64,000 nt of DNA from Dehalococcoidia bacterium (GCA_965249065.1 CBDFLG010000001.1:1192318-1256317); one strand, 5' to 3'. Positions 26,168 through 36,116 are shown, counted from the first letter of the stretch. Notes: generated by a model from the sequence alone, not told the origin. A program made the numbers and translations.

Positions 26168-28465
26168 TCAGGGCGGATGGGATTCAGTGAGGGATGACGC
26201 CCCCGAATTGGCCGGCACGAAGTAGGCCGCGTACAGCATCCGGCCTTCCTCTGCCAGTTCCCCGATTTTCACGGCGTCCGGGTATTCCGTCTCCAGGGTT
26301 GCGGTCAAGGGAAGGTATTTGTCCAAGAACACGAAAATAGTATCTTCCGTAATCTCGCGGCGGGGCGGGATTGTGCCTTTGCCTCCGTATTCTTCGCTCC
26401 CGTCGGTTCCTCTGGCCTTGGGCAGGACAAACCTGCGTATGCTGCTGTCGAACGACTGCCTTACCGTGTAGTAGCGTACCGGGTGGTCTTCCTCCAACTG
26501 TTCCAAGAACAACAGCGATTGATGATACTCGTAGTTGAAGAACCATCGCACCGTTCCGCCGTCACCCCAGCGATTCATCTCCCGCAGGTTCTGTCCGGCA
26601 AACAGGGCGGCAAAGACGATGGCGACGATTACGGCCCCGGCAAACCCCAGCCGCCTCGCCCCGGCTGCCGCGAAGCCCCGTTCGCGCAGGTATTCCCGCA
26701 GCCGGACGCCCATCGGAGCCAGCACAGCGTTGACGCCGATGGAGAGCACGACCAGAACAAAGAAGACTCCCAGCAGATACCGTCGGCTTTCCGCCCCGGG
26801 GACTATCAATATGGGCGCCATGCCAATCAGCCAAGCCGCCAGCAGCAGTTGGTAACGCCTCTGCTTGATAAACAGGAGGGAAACGGCCAGCCCTGCCCAG
26901 AAAAACAGAGCAGCCACCAAGGACAGAATGGGGATGGAAGGCGCGCCGTCGATCGTGTTCCCCTCAACCGGCAAGTGCGCCAGCAGAATGGCGTCAAGGG
27001 CAAGGCCGGGAATTTTGAGCCAGGTCGATGGTGAACTCAGCGACACTTGATAGAGGCCGTTCAGGTTGGAGCCGATGTATCCGGAAGTAGCATAGAACAG
27101 CAGCATGGGGGCGCCCACTATCGCTGACACTCCCAGGCACAGCCAGATTTCCCAGCCGCGCCGCAGCTCCCGGTTGACTGCCAGCGACAGCAGCGCCACG
27201 CCCCAGATGCCGACAAAGTAAAGCAGGAAGGCCTTGAAGGTATAAAGCCCCAAACCCAGGGCAATGCCAGCCGCCACAGCCACCAATCGCCGCCGGGACT
27301 GCACCGCCGCAATAATTAGCCACATCACCAGCAGCGCCATGAACACCGACGTGATTCCGGCGAAGGCTATCCGGCTCTGAATCACGAACCAGAAGGAGAC
27401 CGTGAGCATGGCTGCCGAGAGAATCGCCACCCGGAAGGGAAACAGGCTCCGCACCAGCAGGTAACCAACCGGAATGATGGCCGCGCCCGGAATGGCGGAC
27501 GCCAGCCGCATGGTGGTCACGTCCGCTCCGCCCAGCCGGAAAATCAGCCCCATCCAGTGGGCATAACCCGCAGGATTCCCCAAGTTAACGCCCGTCCAGA
27601 TGCCGATGCTTTCGCCCCGAAGAGACCGGAGCGCCTCCATCGCCATTTCGGCCTCATCTCCATGAATCCCGACGGGCGCTTCCGGCAAATTCCAGACCCT
27701 CAGGAACAGAGCCGCCAGCGTCAGCCCGATTACCGCCGCTGCCTCAACATAGCGCGGAACTGCCCACTCCTCGCCCGAAGTCAGCGCAGCCTGCGCCCGC
27801 GCCGTAGCCGCGCCAGCCCCCAGGCGCACGGCGGAAAGCTGATCGCGCAGGCCGGGCGGAACGCGCCGCCGCACCCGAGGCGTACCTTTCTGCGTCACAG
27901 GAGGCGGCTCCGCTGGCCGCGCTGCGGGCTGGCGCGCGGGCGAGCTTGCCGCACGGGGCAGCAGGTGGCTGAGCAGCAATGCCCGCGTCAGCCAGTAAAC
28001 GGCGGCAGGGAACGGTCCCTGCGGCGGGCGCGGTTCGTCCACGGCGCCCCAGGCGTCTGGCGGAGAGGCATCAGGGTTCTGGGTATCTGGAGTCCGGGGG
28101 GACTCCGCAAGGCATGGAACCGCCCGCGATGGCGCGGCTCTTGGCGGCTTCGTGGAGCGCGATGGCCCCTGGTTGATTAGCAGCGCCCGCGCCAGCCGGT
28201 ATACCCCGGCCCGGAAGGAACCCGCCGGCGGCAGGCGCGACTCATCCGGCGGACGAGGAGGAGGTGGAGGGAGAGAAGCAGGAGTGGCCGCCGTGGGCGG
28301 CCCGGCAGCAGGCGACTCCTGCGCTTTGCCCAAAGACTCTCCGCACTGGTGGCAATAGCGATGATCAGGCGGGTTGGCGGTGGCGCAGAACAAGCAAACC
28401 CTGCTCAAATTGCGGCGTCTCTCAGTTAAAATAGAATAAAGCGGGATCGGCTTGCCGTCGGGCAT
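26168..28465 (-). CDS. GT-C (ArnT/PMT-like) membrane glycosyltransferase with N-terminal zinc ribbon and Pro-rich linker
   Basis: CLFC..CHQCG; LRVWNL..GIHGDE acidic motif after TM1; MRLASA; many TM segments; start uncertain. Confidence 0.75.
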   Translation of the reverse strand: MPDGKPIPLYSILTERRRNLSRVCLFCATANPPDHRYCHQCGESLGKAQESPAAGPPTAATPASLPPPPPRPPDESRLPPAGSFRAGVYRLARALLINQGPSRSTKPPRAAPSRAVPCLAESPRTPDTQNPDASPPDAWGAVDEPRPPQGPFPAAVYWLTRALLLSHLLPRAASSPARQPAARPAEPPPVTQKGTPRVRRRVPPGLRDQLSAVRLGAGAATARAQAALTSGEEWAVPRYVEAAAVIGLTLAALFLRVWNLPEAPVGIHGDEAEMAMEALRSLRGESIGIWTGVNLGNPAGYAHWMGLIFRLGGADVTTMRLASAIPGAAIIPVGYLLVRSLFPFRVAILSAAMLTVSFWFVIQSRIAFAGITSVFMALLVMWLIIAAVQSRRRLVAVAAGIALGLGLYTFKAFLLYFVGIWGVALLSLAVNRELRRGWEIWLCLGVSAIVGAPMLLFYATSGYIGSNLNGLYQVSLSSPSTWLKIPGLALDAILLAHLPVEGNTIDGAPSIPILSLVAALFFWAGLAVSLLFIKQRRYQLLLAAWLIGMAPILIVPGAESRRYLLGVFFVLVVLSIGVNAVLAPMGVRLREYLRERGFAAAGARRLGFAGAVIVAIVFAALFAGQNLREMNRWGDGGTVRWFFNYEYHQSLLFLEQLEEDHPVRYYTVRQSFDSSIRRFVLPKARGTDGSEEYGGKGTIPPRREITEDTIFVFLDKYLPLTATLETEYPDAVKIGELAEEGRMLYAAYFVPANSGASSLTESHPP

Positions 28466-28578
28466 CGCCCGGCCCGGCTATCCGGGGCCGCTGATAGAAC
28501 GGCAGCCCCAGCCGTCCTTCTTTATAGTACAATAATGGGACGGTGATACCGGCAATATGGGGCCGCAAGCAAAAATGG

Positions 28579-28630
28579 TTGACACCTTCGCCAGCTTGCC
28601 ATATATTCTTATCTTGTAACGATTGTTACA
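28579..28630 (+). promoter_or_regulatory. Promoter of DUF1800 operon with downstream palindromic site
   Basis: TTGACA(28579)-17bp-TATATT(28602); TGTAAC-GATT-GTTACA at 28615-28630. Confidence 0.7.
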
Positions 28631-28761
28631 TAAGGATGGCATCCCCAAGCTGGCGCCCCATACTTGAGAGGGGTGTCTCCTTGCTGTAACAGGGCAAAAA
28701 CCGCGTTTGAAAGCCTGGTATCCGAAGTTCAAGGGAAAAAGGCTAAGAAAAGGAGGAGAAT

Positions 28762-30180
28762 ATGGCTGACCAGGACATTGCATTGGTAGCTCACCTGATG
28801 CGCCGCGCCGGGTTCGGAGCGAGCCGGGACGAGATCGAAGCCAAAGCAGCCCAGGGCTACGACAACGTGGTCGAGGAACTGCTCAATCCCACCGGCGGCA
28901 TCGACGACGACATTCTCATGCGCTACAACCCGTCCTACTACGAACCGGGCGCCATCGAAGTCAATACCCAGATCTGGGTATACAAGATGATCAACAGCCC
29001 CAACCAGCTCCAGGAAAAGGTCGCGCTGTTCTGGCACATGATCTTCTGCGCCGGCCACAGCAAGATCGACAGCGGCCAAGAAATGGGCATCATGGTCAAT
29101 ATGTTCCGGGAAGATGGCATGGGCAGCTTCCGCGACCTGCTGGTCAAGCTGTCTACCAACCCCGGCATGATGTACTACCTGGACAACACCGAGTCCCACA
29201 AGGCCAACCTCAACGAGAACTATGGCCGCGAGCTGTTGGAGCTCTTCTCCCTCGGCGTCGGCATGGACGAGGGTTTCAACTACTCTGAGGACGACGTAAA
29301 GGTCTGCGCCCGCGCCTTCACCGGCTGGAACATCGCCCCGTCGTACCCGCCCTTCCCCCATGGCCGCAGCCCTTGGGTCTTCCGCTTCGACCCCGCCGAC
29401 CACGACGACAGCGAAAAGACCTTCTTGGGCCAGACCGGCCGCTTGAACGGCGACGACATCATCGACATCATCTGCAAGCAGCCCGCCACTGCCCGCTTCC
29501 TCGCCCGCCACCTGTACAACTTCTTCGTGGCCGACGAGCCGCAGATCCCGGCATGGCGCTTGACCCCGCCGCGTGACATTGAGGCCATTGAGGCTCTCGA
29601 GAAGGCCTACTTCGAGTCCAACTACTCCATCAAGGCCATGCTCGAGACTCTGTTCACGTCCGAATTCTTCAAGGACGAGTCGGTCCGCTATCAGAAGGTC
29701 AAGAACCCGGCCGAGATGGTTATCAGCCTGCTCCGCATGGTTGGCGAGCATAAAGAAATCAAGCCCGGCCTGTTCGAGCTGTCCCAAGAACCCAAGTACA
29801 TGGGCATGGACCTGATGAACCCGCCCACGGTCGAAGGCTGGCACACCGGCCGCGAGTGGATTGACAGCGGCACGCTGGTGGAGCGCATCAACTTCGCCGC
29901 CGAGTTGCTGGGCAACACCGAGCTGGAAGGCGTCCGCGGCCTCGTGTCCCGCCTGATGGACCGCGGCGATACCCTCAACCCCGAGCAGTTCGTGGAAGGC
30001 TGTCTGGAAATGACCGGCCCAGTGCAGGTCACCTCCGACACCCACGGCCAACTCGTGGCCCACGCTGCGCAGGAAGGCAACCTGAGCCACGCCAACGACG
30101 ACGAGCGCGCCACCTTCACCCGCCGCACTGGCGAGATGTTCCAGATGATCGCCGCCACGGCCGAGTTCCAGTTCGAGTAA
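28762..30180 (+). CDS. DUF1800 family protein
   Basis: HLMRRAGFG, LFWH, MYYLDN, NENYGRELLELFSLG, ARAFTGW, PPTVEGW; AGGAGG RBS. Confidence 0.92.
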   Translation: MADQDIALVAHLMRRAGFGASRDEIEAKAAQGYDNVVEELLNPTGGIDDDILMRYNPSYYEPGAIEVNTQIWVYKMINSPNQLQEKVALFWHMIFCAGHSKIDSGQEMGIMVNMFREDGMGSFRDLLVKLSTNPGMMYYLDNTESHKANLNENYGRELLELFSLGVGMDEGFNYSEDDVKVCARAFTGWNIAPSYPPFPHGRSPWVFRFDPADHDDSEKTFLGQTGRLNGDDIIDIICKQPATARFLARHLYNFFVADEPQIPAWRLTPPRDIEAIEALEKAYFESNYSIKAMLETLFTSEFFKDESVRYQKVKNPAEMVISLLRMVGEHKEIKPGLFELSQEPKYMGMDLMNPPTVEGWHTGREWIDSGTLVERINFAAELLGNTELEGVRGLVSRLMDRGDTLNPEQFVEGCLEMTGPVQVTSDTHGQLVAHAAQEGNLSHANDDERATFTRRTGEMFQMIAATAEFQFE

Positions 30181-30206
30181 CCGCGTTTCCAAAATCAGCC
30201 GCCCAG

Positions 30207-30308
30207 CCGTCCATCCTTCGGCAAGCTCAGGACGAACGGCTGGGGTGGCGCCCCGCCAAGGCGGGCCGGATACATCCCGCTCATGGTGAGCCTGTCGAAC
30301 CACGAGCG
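30207..30308. repeat. Pair of REP-like hairpins, family C (GTGAGCCTGTCGAACC / CTTCGGCAAGCTCAGG type)
   Basis: Same family at about 15915-15965, 16003-16076, 53441-53499 and 55119-55177. Confidence 0.8.
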
Positions 30309-30356
30309 CCACTATCGGGTTAAAGAACAACACATCAACACAGGAGGAGACTCTAA

Positions 30357-31499
30357 ATGGTATCGACCGCGAAAGACCCTGTCCTGGCAGTCCTCTCTCT
30401 GTCGGGCGGCAACGACGGCCTGAACACCGTCGTCCCTCGCAACAACGGCTACTACCGGGACTACCGCCCCACCATCGGCGTGCCGGAAGAGCAGATCCTG
30501 CCCATCAACAACGAGTTGGGCTTCCACCCCACCATGGCGCCCCTGATGAAGTATTGGGAAGCCGGGCAGTTGGCCGTCTTCGTTGGCATCGGCTACCCGA
30601 CCCCCAGCTACTCCCACTTCCGCTCCATGGACATCTGGCACACCTGCGAGCCCGAAATCATCGGCACCGAGGGCTGGCTGGGCCGCGCCGCCAAGCTGAT
30701 GGACCCCACCGCCGAGAACGTGCTGACCTCCGTTAACTTCGGCCGCGGCTTGCCCCGCGCCCTGGTGATGGATGGCGTCCCCGTCGCCTCCGTCGGCAAC
30801 CTGGAGACCTACGGCCTGCTGACCGGCATCGACGGCGAAGACCAGCGCAACTCCGCCCTGGACGTGTTCGGCCGCATGTACTCCCCGGCTATCGGCTCCG
30901 GCGCGGTCATGGACTACATCCACTCCACCGGAACCGACGCTCTCAAGGGCGCTGACATCCTGTCCACCGCCCCCGACAACTACACCTCCAACGTCGAGTA
31001 CTCCAACACCGTCATCGGCCAGTACATGAAGAACATCGCCCAGACCCACCTGGCCAATTTCGGGACCCGTGTGCTCTACACCACGTCGCCCTACAATGGC
31101 TTTGACTCCCACGCCAACCAGGCGCAGGCCAACGCCGCCCTGTGGACCGACGTTTCCAACACCGTAGACACCTTCTTCACCGACCTGCGCGACCACGACG
31201 CCAGCGACAACGTAACGCTGCTCCTGTTCAGCGAGTTCGGCCGCCGCGTCGCCGACAACGGCTCCGGCACCGACCACGGCGCAGCCAGCGTAGCCTTCGC
31301 TGTCGGCGAACACGTCAAGGGCGGCGTCTACGGCGCCTACCCGTCCATGGCCCCCGCAGATCAGGAAGAGGGCGGCAACCTGAAGTTCAACCTGGACTTC
31401 CGCTCCGTCTACTCCACCATCTTGGAAGACTGGTTCAGCATGGACGCTGAACCCATCGTCAACGGCAACTTCGAGCGCGTCAAGTTCTTCAACAAATAG
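30357..31499 (+). CDS. DUF1501 family protein
   Basis: LSGGNDGLNTVVP, SHF, FDSH, SEFGRR, GTDHG, DFRSVY. Confidence 0.92.
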   Translation: MVSTAKDPVLAVLSLSGGNDGLNTVVPRNNGYYRDYRPTIGVPEEQILPINNELGFHPTMAPLMKYWEAGQLAVFVGIGYPTPSYSHFRSMDIWHTCEPEIIGTEGWLGRAAKLMDPTAENVLTSVNFGRGLPRALVMDGVPVASVGNLETYGLLTGIDGEDQRNSALDVFGRMYSPAIGSGAVMDYIHSTGTDALKGADILSTAPDNYTSNVEYSNTVIGQYMKNIAQTHLANFGTRVLYTTSPYNGFDSHANQAQANAALWTDVSNTVDTFFTDLRDHDASDNVTLLLFSEFGRRVADNGSGTDHGAASVAFAVGEHVKGGVYGAYPSMAPADQEEGGNLKFNLDFRSVYSTILEDWFSMDAEPIVNGNFERVKFFNK

Positions 31500-31696
31500 A
31501 CCGTCCGAAAGCAACCTCGGGGAATGGACGCCTCGGTGCGTCTCCCCGTCAAGAAACACCGGCGCCCCTCCGGTTTGCCGGATGCGCGCCAGGTCGGCAA
31601 ACTCAGGGAAGGCGTTGCTATGCGCCTTCCCATCCCCTAGCGCGGTTATGAAAACTTGTGCTTGGGCAAACGAACAACGCACTACGAGGTAAGGAT

Positions 31697-32701
31697 ATGG
31701 CAACACATTTTTTCGGTCTGAAAGACCGGACGTTTTACCATAGCCATGCCGTTGGCCGGAACGAATTCGCCGGCACCGGCTTCCGCAATCCTGTGGACAT
31801 GGCTATCGCTTCCGACGGCGCGGTTTATGTCGTCAACCGTTCCTACGAGAACCGTCCCGACGGCGTGCACATGACCGTCTGCACCCTGGACGAGGAATAC
31901 ATCAGCTCTTTCGGGGCCTACGGCGAGGGCGATGGCGAGTTTGTCTGGCCCACCGCCGTGGCGCTGGACAGCGATAACAACGTCTACGTGGCCGATGAGT
32001 GGCTGAACCGCATCACCAAGTTCACCCGCGACGGCGAATACGTGAGCAAGTGGGGCGTCTCCGGTTCCGGCGAGGGCGAGTTCAACGGCCCTGCCGGCAT
32101 CGCCATCGACTCCCATGGCCACATGGTCGTGGTCGACAGCAGGAACAACCGGGTCCAGAGGTTTACCCTCGACGGCCAGTTCGTCGGCGGCTTCGGCTCC
32201 GAGGGCAGCGGCCCCGGCGAGTTCAATATGCCCTGGGGCATCAGCCTCGACAAGAACGACAACATCTACATCGCCGACTGGCGCAACGACCGAATCCAGG
32301 TCTTCAGCCACGATGGCGAATGGCAGCAGTCCATCGGCTCCACCGGCGATGGCATCGGCCAGTTCAACCGGCCCAACGGCCTCTGTGTTGACGCCGACGG
32401 CGACATCTACGTTGCCGACTGGATGAACAACCGGGTGCAGGTCTTCGCTCCCGACGGCCGCTTCATCACCCAGTTCGTCGGCGACGCCTCCCTGTCCAAG
32501 TGGGGCAAGGACAAGCTGAATTCCAACCCCGACATGATTCGGCAGCGGAACATAGCTTTCTCCAACGACCCCACCTACGAGCAGAAGTTCGCTCACCCCT
32601 GCGGTGTGCGGATTGATGAGCAGGGCCGCGTAGCCATCATTGACCACACCCGCGGCCGCATCCAGGTCTACGTCAAGGAAGACGAACCCGTCCTCCGCTA
32701 G
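31697..32701 (+). CDS. NHL-repeat beta-propeller protein
   Basis: Repeated G.G.GEF..P.GIA.D...YVAD..N.RIQ.F units. Confidence 0.9.
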   Translation: MATHFFGLKDRTFYHSHAVGRNEFAGTGFRNPVDMAIASDGAVYVVNRSYENRPDGVHMTVCTLDEEYISSFGAYGEGDGEFVWPTAVALDSDNNVYVADEWLNRITKFTRDGEYVSKWGVSGSGEGEFNGPAGIAIDSHGHMVVVDSRNNRVQRFTLDGQFVGGFGSEGSGPGEFNMPWGISLDKNDNIYIADWRNDRIQVFSHDGEWQQSIGSTGDGIGQFNRPNGLCVDADGDIYVADWMNNRVQVFAPDGRFITQFVGDASLSKWGKDKLNSNPDMIRQRNIAFSNDPTYEQKFAHPCGVRIDEQGRVAIIDHTRGRIQVYVKEDEPVLR

Positions 32702-32726
32702 ACCGACTGTTGCATAGGCAACGACA

Positions 32727-32760
32727 ATAGGGGCGCACAATCGTGCGCCCCTTTCTTTTT
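32727..32760 (+). terminator. Probable intrinsic terminator formed by a GTAG-type REP hairpin
   Basis: AGGGGCGCAC-AATC-GTGCGCCCCT followed by TTCTTTTT. Confidence 0.7.
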
Positions 32761-32828
32761 GCAACCGAATATTTACTCTCCCGGAATGAGAGAGCTAGGG
32801 TGAGGGTTTGCTTCTCTGATTCCCCATC

Positions 32829-33176
32829 CTAGCAGTCTGGGCCGTGGGGCATCCCGTTGTCGATCCAGGCCACGATTTCGTCGATTTCATCCCGCGGCAT
32901 GAACGGCCCTCTCAGTGGCATCCGCCCGGAGGTCCCGACGCTGCGGGCCAGCGAACGGATCAACTGCGTTTCCCGTGCGGGAACGCCCGGCTCGATGGCC
33001 CGGATGCCCGACAGTACCGACGCTTGCAGTTCCTCCGGCGTCTCCCAATAGTATGCGTGGATGCCTGGCAATGGTTCGCGTCCCCACCGCTCCTTCCACT
33101 TGTCCATGATCCCGTCCAGAAGTTCCTTGACCCTAGGCCAGTAGACCGCTTGCTCGTTGCTGGAACCTTCGCTCAT
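32829..33176 (-). CDS. Hypothetical protein
   Basis: 115-aa ORF with AGGGAG RBS. Confidence 0.7.
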   Translation of the reverse strand: MSEGSSNEQAVYWPRVKELLDGIMDKWKERWGREPLPGIHAYYWETPEELQASVLSGIRAIEPGVPARETQLIRSLARSVGTSGRMPLRGPFMPRDEIDEIVAWIDNGMPHGPDC

Positions 33177-33326
33177 GCTCCCTAACCCAAATTCAGATTG
33201 TTGCCATAGATTACTCCCGTTCAGAGCTTGCCATGTGAAGGTTGGGATTCTCAGATGAGAGCCCCAGGATTCGCGTGAGGTCAGTATAACGGATTCCGCT
33301 GGTTGGAGGTGGCAGGGCCTGCCGGG

Positions 33327-33818
33327 TCAGCGCGGGTGCTCGCTCACTGTTTCCCGTTGCAGCAGTTCCACAGCGTGATGCAGCACCGGCTGCACTACCT
33401 CCAGGCATTCACGCACGCCCTTGGTGCTGCCGGGAAGGGTGATTATCAGAGTCTGGCCCCGGATGCCGGCTACCGAGCGGCTCAACATCGCCATCGGCGT
33501 GAACTCCAGCGTCTTTGCCCGCATCGCCTCGGCCAGCCCAGGCACTTCCTTGTCCAGGATTGACAAGCAGGCTTCCGGGGTGACGTCGTGCCGCCCCAGG
33601 CCGGTCCCGCCGGTGGTGACAATCAGGTCAACACCGGGCGCGTCGGCCCACTCTGAGAGTCTTTCCGCAATCAGGCCGTGGTCGTCGGACACTATTGCCG
33701 AGCGCACTACCTCGAACCCGTCCGCCGTCAACATCTCGCGGATGGTTGCCCCGCTGGTATCCTCCCGGCTGCCCTGCGCCCCGGATGTGCTGATTGTCAA
33801 AACACCTAAACCGAACAT
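33327..33818 (-). CDS. mogA: Molybdopterin adenylyltransferase MogA/MoaB family
   Basis: LTIS, D.SG, TTGGTG...DVTPEA, LSR..AG, LPGS; start at ATG 33818. Confidence 0.88.
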   Translation of the reverse strand: MFGLGVLTISTSGAQGSREDTSGATIREMLTADGFEVVRSAIVSDDHGLIAERLSEWADAPGVDLIVTTGGTGLGRHDVTPEACLSILDKEVPGLAEAMRAKTLEFTPMAMLSRSVAGIRGQTLIITLPGSTKGVRECLEVVQPVLHHAVELLQRETVSEHPR

Positions 33819-33925
33819 AAAGCCTCCGCCGCAAATAATACCATAACCTGCTACACCGGAAAATCGGCCCGCAGCGGGAAAATCGTCTTGGAAAAGGCGG
33901 CAACTCAGGACGGGCTGCTTTCGCG

Positions 33926-33954
33926 TTGACAACCCCACGGCCCGCGACTATATT
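33926..33954 (+). promoter_or_regulatory. Sigma70-type promoter for HIT / enoyl-CoA hydratase genes
   Basis: TTGACA-17bp-TATATT. Confidence 0.65.
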
Positions 33955-33996
33955 CACTGCGCATTACGCCGTTTACCGGCATCGGGAAGCAGACCG

Positions 33997-34386
33997 TTGA
34001 AAACCGATCCCAACTGCGTCTTTTGCCAGATAGTGGCCTGCCGTTCTCCTGCTAGGGTGCGTTATCTGGACAACGAAATAATCGTTATAGTCAATCAGCT
34101 GGATTGGGTGCCATTGATGCTTCTGGTTATGCCCAAGGAGCACCTGTCGCAGATTGGGATGTGGGACAGCGGATTGCTGCCGCGCCTAGGCAGGCTGGCG
34201 GTGGACATGGGAGCGATGTATTCTCCAAACGGGTTCCGGATCCTGTCCAACTTCGGACGCGACGGACTTCAGAGCCAGAGCCACGGCCACCTGCACGTGG
34301 TTGGCGGAACTTTCCTCGGCCACTACGTCGAGCATGACTTCGGAGGCTCGTCAACTCCCAGCCCATATCCGGCCCGGCCCCGGTAG
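33997..34386 (+). CDS. HIT family protein
   Basis: CVFCQI, PKEH, HGHLHVVGG. Confidence 0.85.
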   Translation: MKTDPNCVFCQIVACRSPARVRYLDNEIIVIVNQLDWVPLMLLVMPKEHLSQIGMWDSGLLPRLGRLAVDMGAMYSPNGFRILSNFGRDGLQSQSHGHLHVVGGTFLGHYVEHDFGGSSTPSPYPARPR

Positions 34387-34415
34387 CAAGAGTTTTTTCG
34401 AGGGAGCAAACCGAC

Positions 34416-35192
34416 TTGGCTGAAACAATCCTATACGAAAAGCGTGACAACATCGCAGTCATCACCCTGAACCGCCCCGATGCGCTGAACGCCATCAACC
34501 GGCAGTTGAGGAAGGAACTGGCCGACGCGATAACCGAGTTCGACAACGACCCCCAAGCCTTCGTTGCCATCGTAACCGGGGCCGGCCGGGCGTTCTGCTC
34601 CGGGCGCGATCTGAAGGAGCGCGCGGAAGACAACGCCGAGGGTGTGCAGGCCCGCGCTTCCCACAGCATGAGCCCTGACAGGCCCTATATGTGGCCCCAG
34701 ACATGGAAGCCGATGATTGCCGCGGTCAACGGGTTCGCGCTGGCGGGCGGCTGGTCCATCGCCCAGATGTGCGACCTGCGGCTGGCCTCCGAAGACGCCA
34801 AGCTGGGCATCTCCGAAGCCAGGTGGAGCCTCCTGCCTCCATTCGGGACCATCTTGCCCAAGATGATTCCCTTGTCGGCAGTGCTGGAACTGGTGTTCAC
34901 CGCCGAGCCCATCACCGCCCAGCGGGCCTACGACATCGGCTTCCTGAACAAGGTGGTGCCCGCCGAAGACTTGATGGAAGAAGCGATGGCAATGGCCCAG
35001 CAAATCGCCGGGAACGCTCCGCTGGCCGTGCAATACTTCAAGGAATTGGCGTACCGCGGGCTGAATATGTCCACCCAGGACATCTCATCCCTGACCTACC
35101 ACATGTACGACCAGCTTCTCACCACGGAAGACAGCAAGGAAGGCCCCCGCGCCTTCGCCGAAAAGCGCAAACCCAACTGGCAAGGCCGCTAG
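34416..35192 (+). CDS. Enoyl-CoA hydratase/isomerase family protein
   Basis: ITLNRP..LNA, AFCSGRDL, KPMIAAVNGFALAGG, AFAEKRKP. Confidence 0.92.
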   Translation: MAETILYEKRDNIAVITLNRPDALNAINRQLRKELADAITEFDNDPQAFVAIVTGAGRAFCSGRDLKERAEDNAEGVQARASHSMSPDRPYMWPQTWKPMIAAVNGFALAGGWSIAQMCDLRLASEDAKLGISEARWSLLPPFGTILPKMIPLSAVLELVFTAEPITAQRAYDIGFLNKVVPAEDLMEEAMAMAQQIAGNAPLAVQYFKELAYRGLNMSTQDISSLTYHMYDQLLTTEDSKEGPRAFAEKRKPNWQGR

Positions 35193-35295
35193 GCGCCGCA
35201 AGGGTCGCACTGGTAACGTACAGAGGCGGGTGTCAAACCCGCCCCTGCGAATTTGCCGAAACTTTTACGGGCGCTTGACGCTGCGGGAGCCATGG

Positions 35296-35787
35296 CTATA
35301 AAGCATCAATCCCAATGGCTCCCTTATCTTCTAGTTCCTGGCAGATTTCTACCACCATTTCCAAGTCGAGCCTCAGCCGTTCGGATATGTCGTCGTAACA
35401 CAGATTTTTCCCGCTGGCTGCTAACAGGCCAACGATTTCGGCTTGCGCTTCTTTCCTGCTGATTGTCCTGAAACAAATCTCCTCTTCCGGGCGGTCTTCC
35501 GCGGGTGCGGCCTTCAGCTTCAGTCCCAACGCACGGGTGATGCGGCAGACTGCGGCGAAAGAGAGGTTGTCGTCTGCTGATAGCGCCTTACGCAGTTCCT
35601 CGCCGGTAATCTCGAATTCGTGATTCAAGCGGTTCATATCCAGTGCCCGCGCAATGTTATTTAGAACGGCCCGAATCAGCCTGCCGTCCCCGCAGTCTTC
35701 ATCCACGGCGGCCTCAAGGTAACCACGCACAGCCTCTTTGGTATGCAAGTAATTGACGGGGTCCCACCGGGTGAAAGTTTCAGCCAT
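35296..35787 (-). CDS. Addiction module antidote protein (HigA-like HTH) with extra C-terminal winged-helix-like domain
   Basis: WDPVNYL..YLEAA..IARA..ALS..N..F....I..ALG; 8-bp overlap with toxin gene. Confidence 0.8.
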   Translation of the reverse strand: MAETFTRWDPVNYLHTKEAVRGYLEAAVDEDCGDGRLIRAVLNNIARALDMNRLNHEFEITGEELRKALSADDNLSFAAVCRITRALGLKLKAAPAEDRPEEEICFRTISRKEAQAEIVGLLAASGKNLCYDDISERLRLDLEMVVEICQELEDKGAIGIDAL

Positions 35788-36103
35788 TGCTTGCCCTCCA
35801 TTCTTGCGCTAAACGGTGGGCGCGCCGTATGTCGCGCCGTTGGCTGTTTTTGTCGCCGCCGCTGAGAAGGACAATGACGGTGCTGCCCTCCCGCAGGAAA
35901 TAAAGACGATAGCCAGGGCCGTAATCAATTCGCATTTCGGAAACCTGGCCGCCGACGGACCTAGTGTCGCCGAATCGCCCCATTGCAACGTTGTCCAAGC
36001 GAGTGTTAATACGAGCGACCGCGTTCTGGTCTCGCAGTCTGCTAACCCATCTCTTGAATGTGGCGCTTTCAATTACTTCAAATAAGGGAGTGTTCTCAAC
36101 CAC
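35780..36103 (-). CDS. RelE/HigB-family addiction module killer protein
   Basis: FGD.RSVG..VSEMRIDYGPGYRLYF, LSGGDK.SQ.RDI. Confidence 0.9.
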   Translation of the reverse strand: MVENTPLFEVIESATFKRWVSRLRDQNAVARINTRLDNVAMGRFGDTRSVGGQVSEMRIDYGPGYRLYFLREGSTVIVLLSGGDKNSQRRDIRRAHRLAQEWRASNG

Positions 36104-36116
36104 GGTTTATATTCTA

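Noticed and set aside
31515..31632. Three hairpins between DUF1501 and NHL genes as ncRNA or riboswitch
   Set aside because: No recognisable riboswitch motif; more simply degenerate REP-type hairpins.
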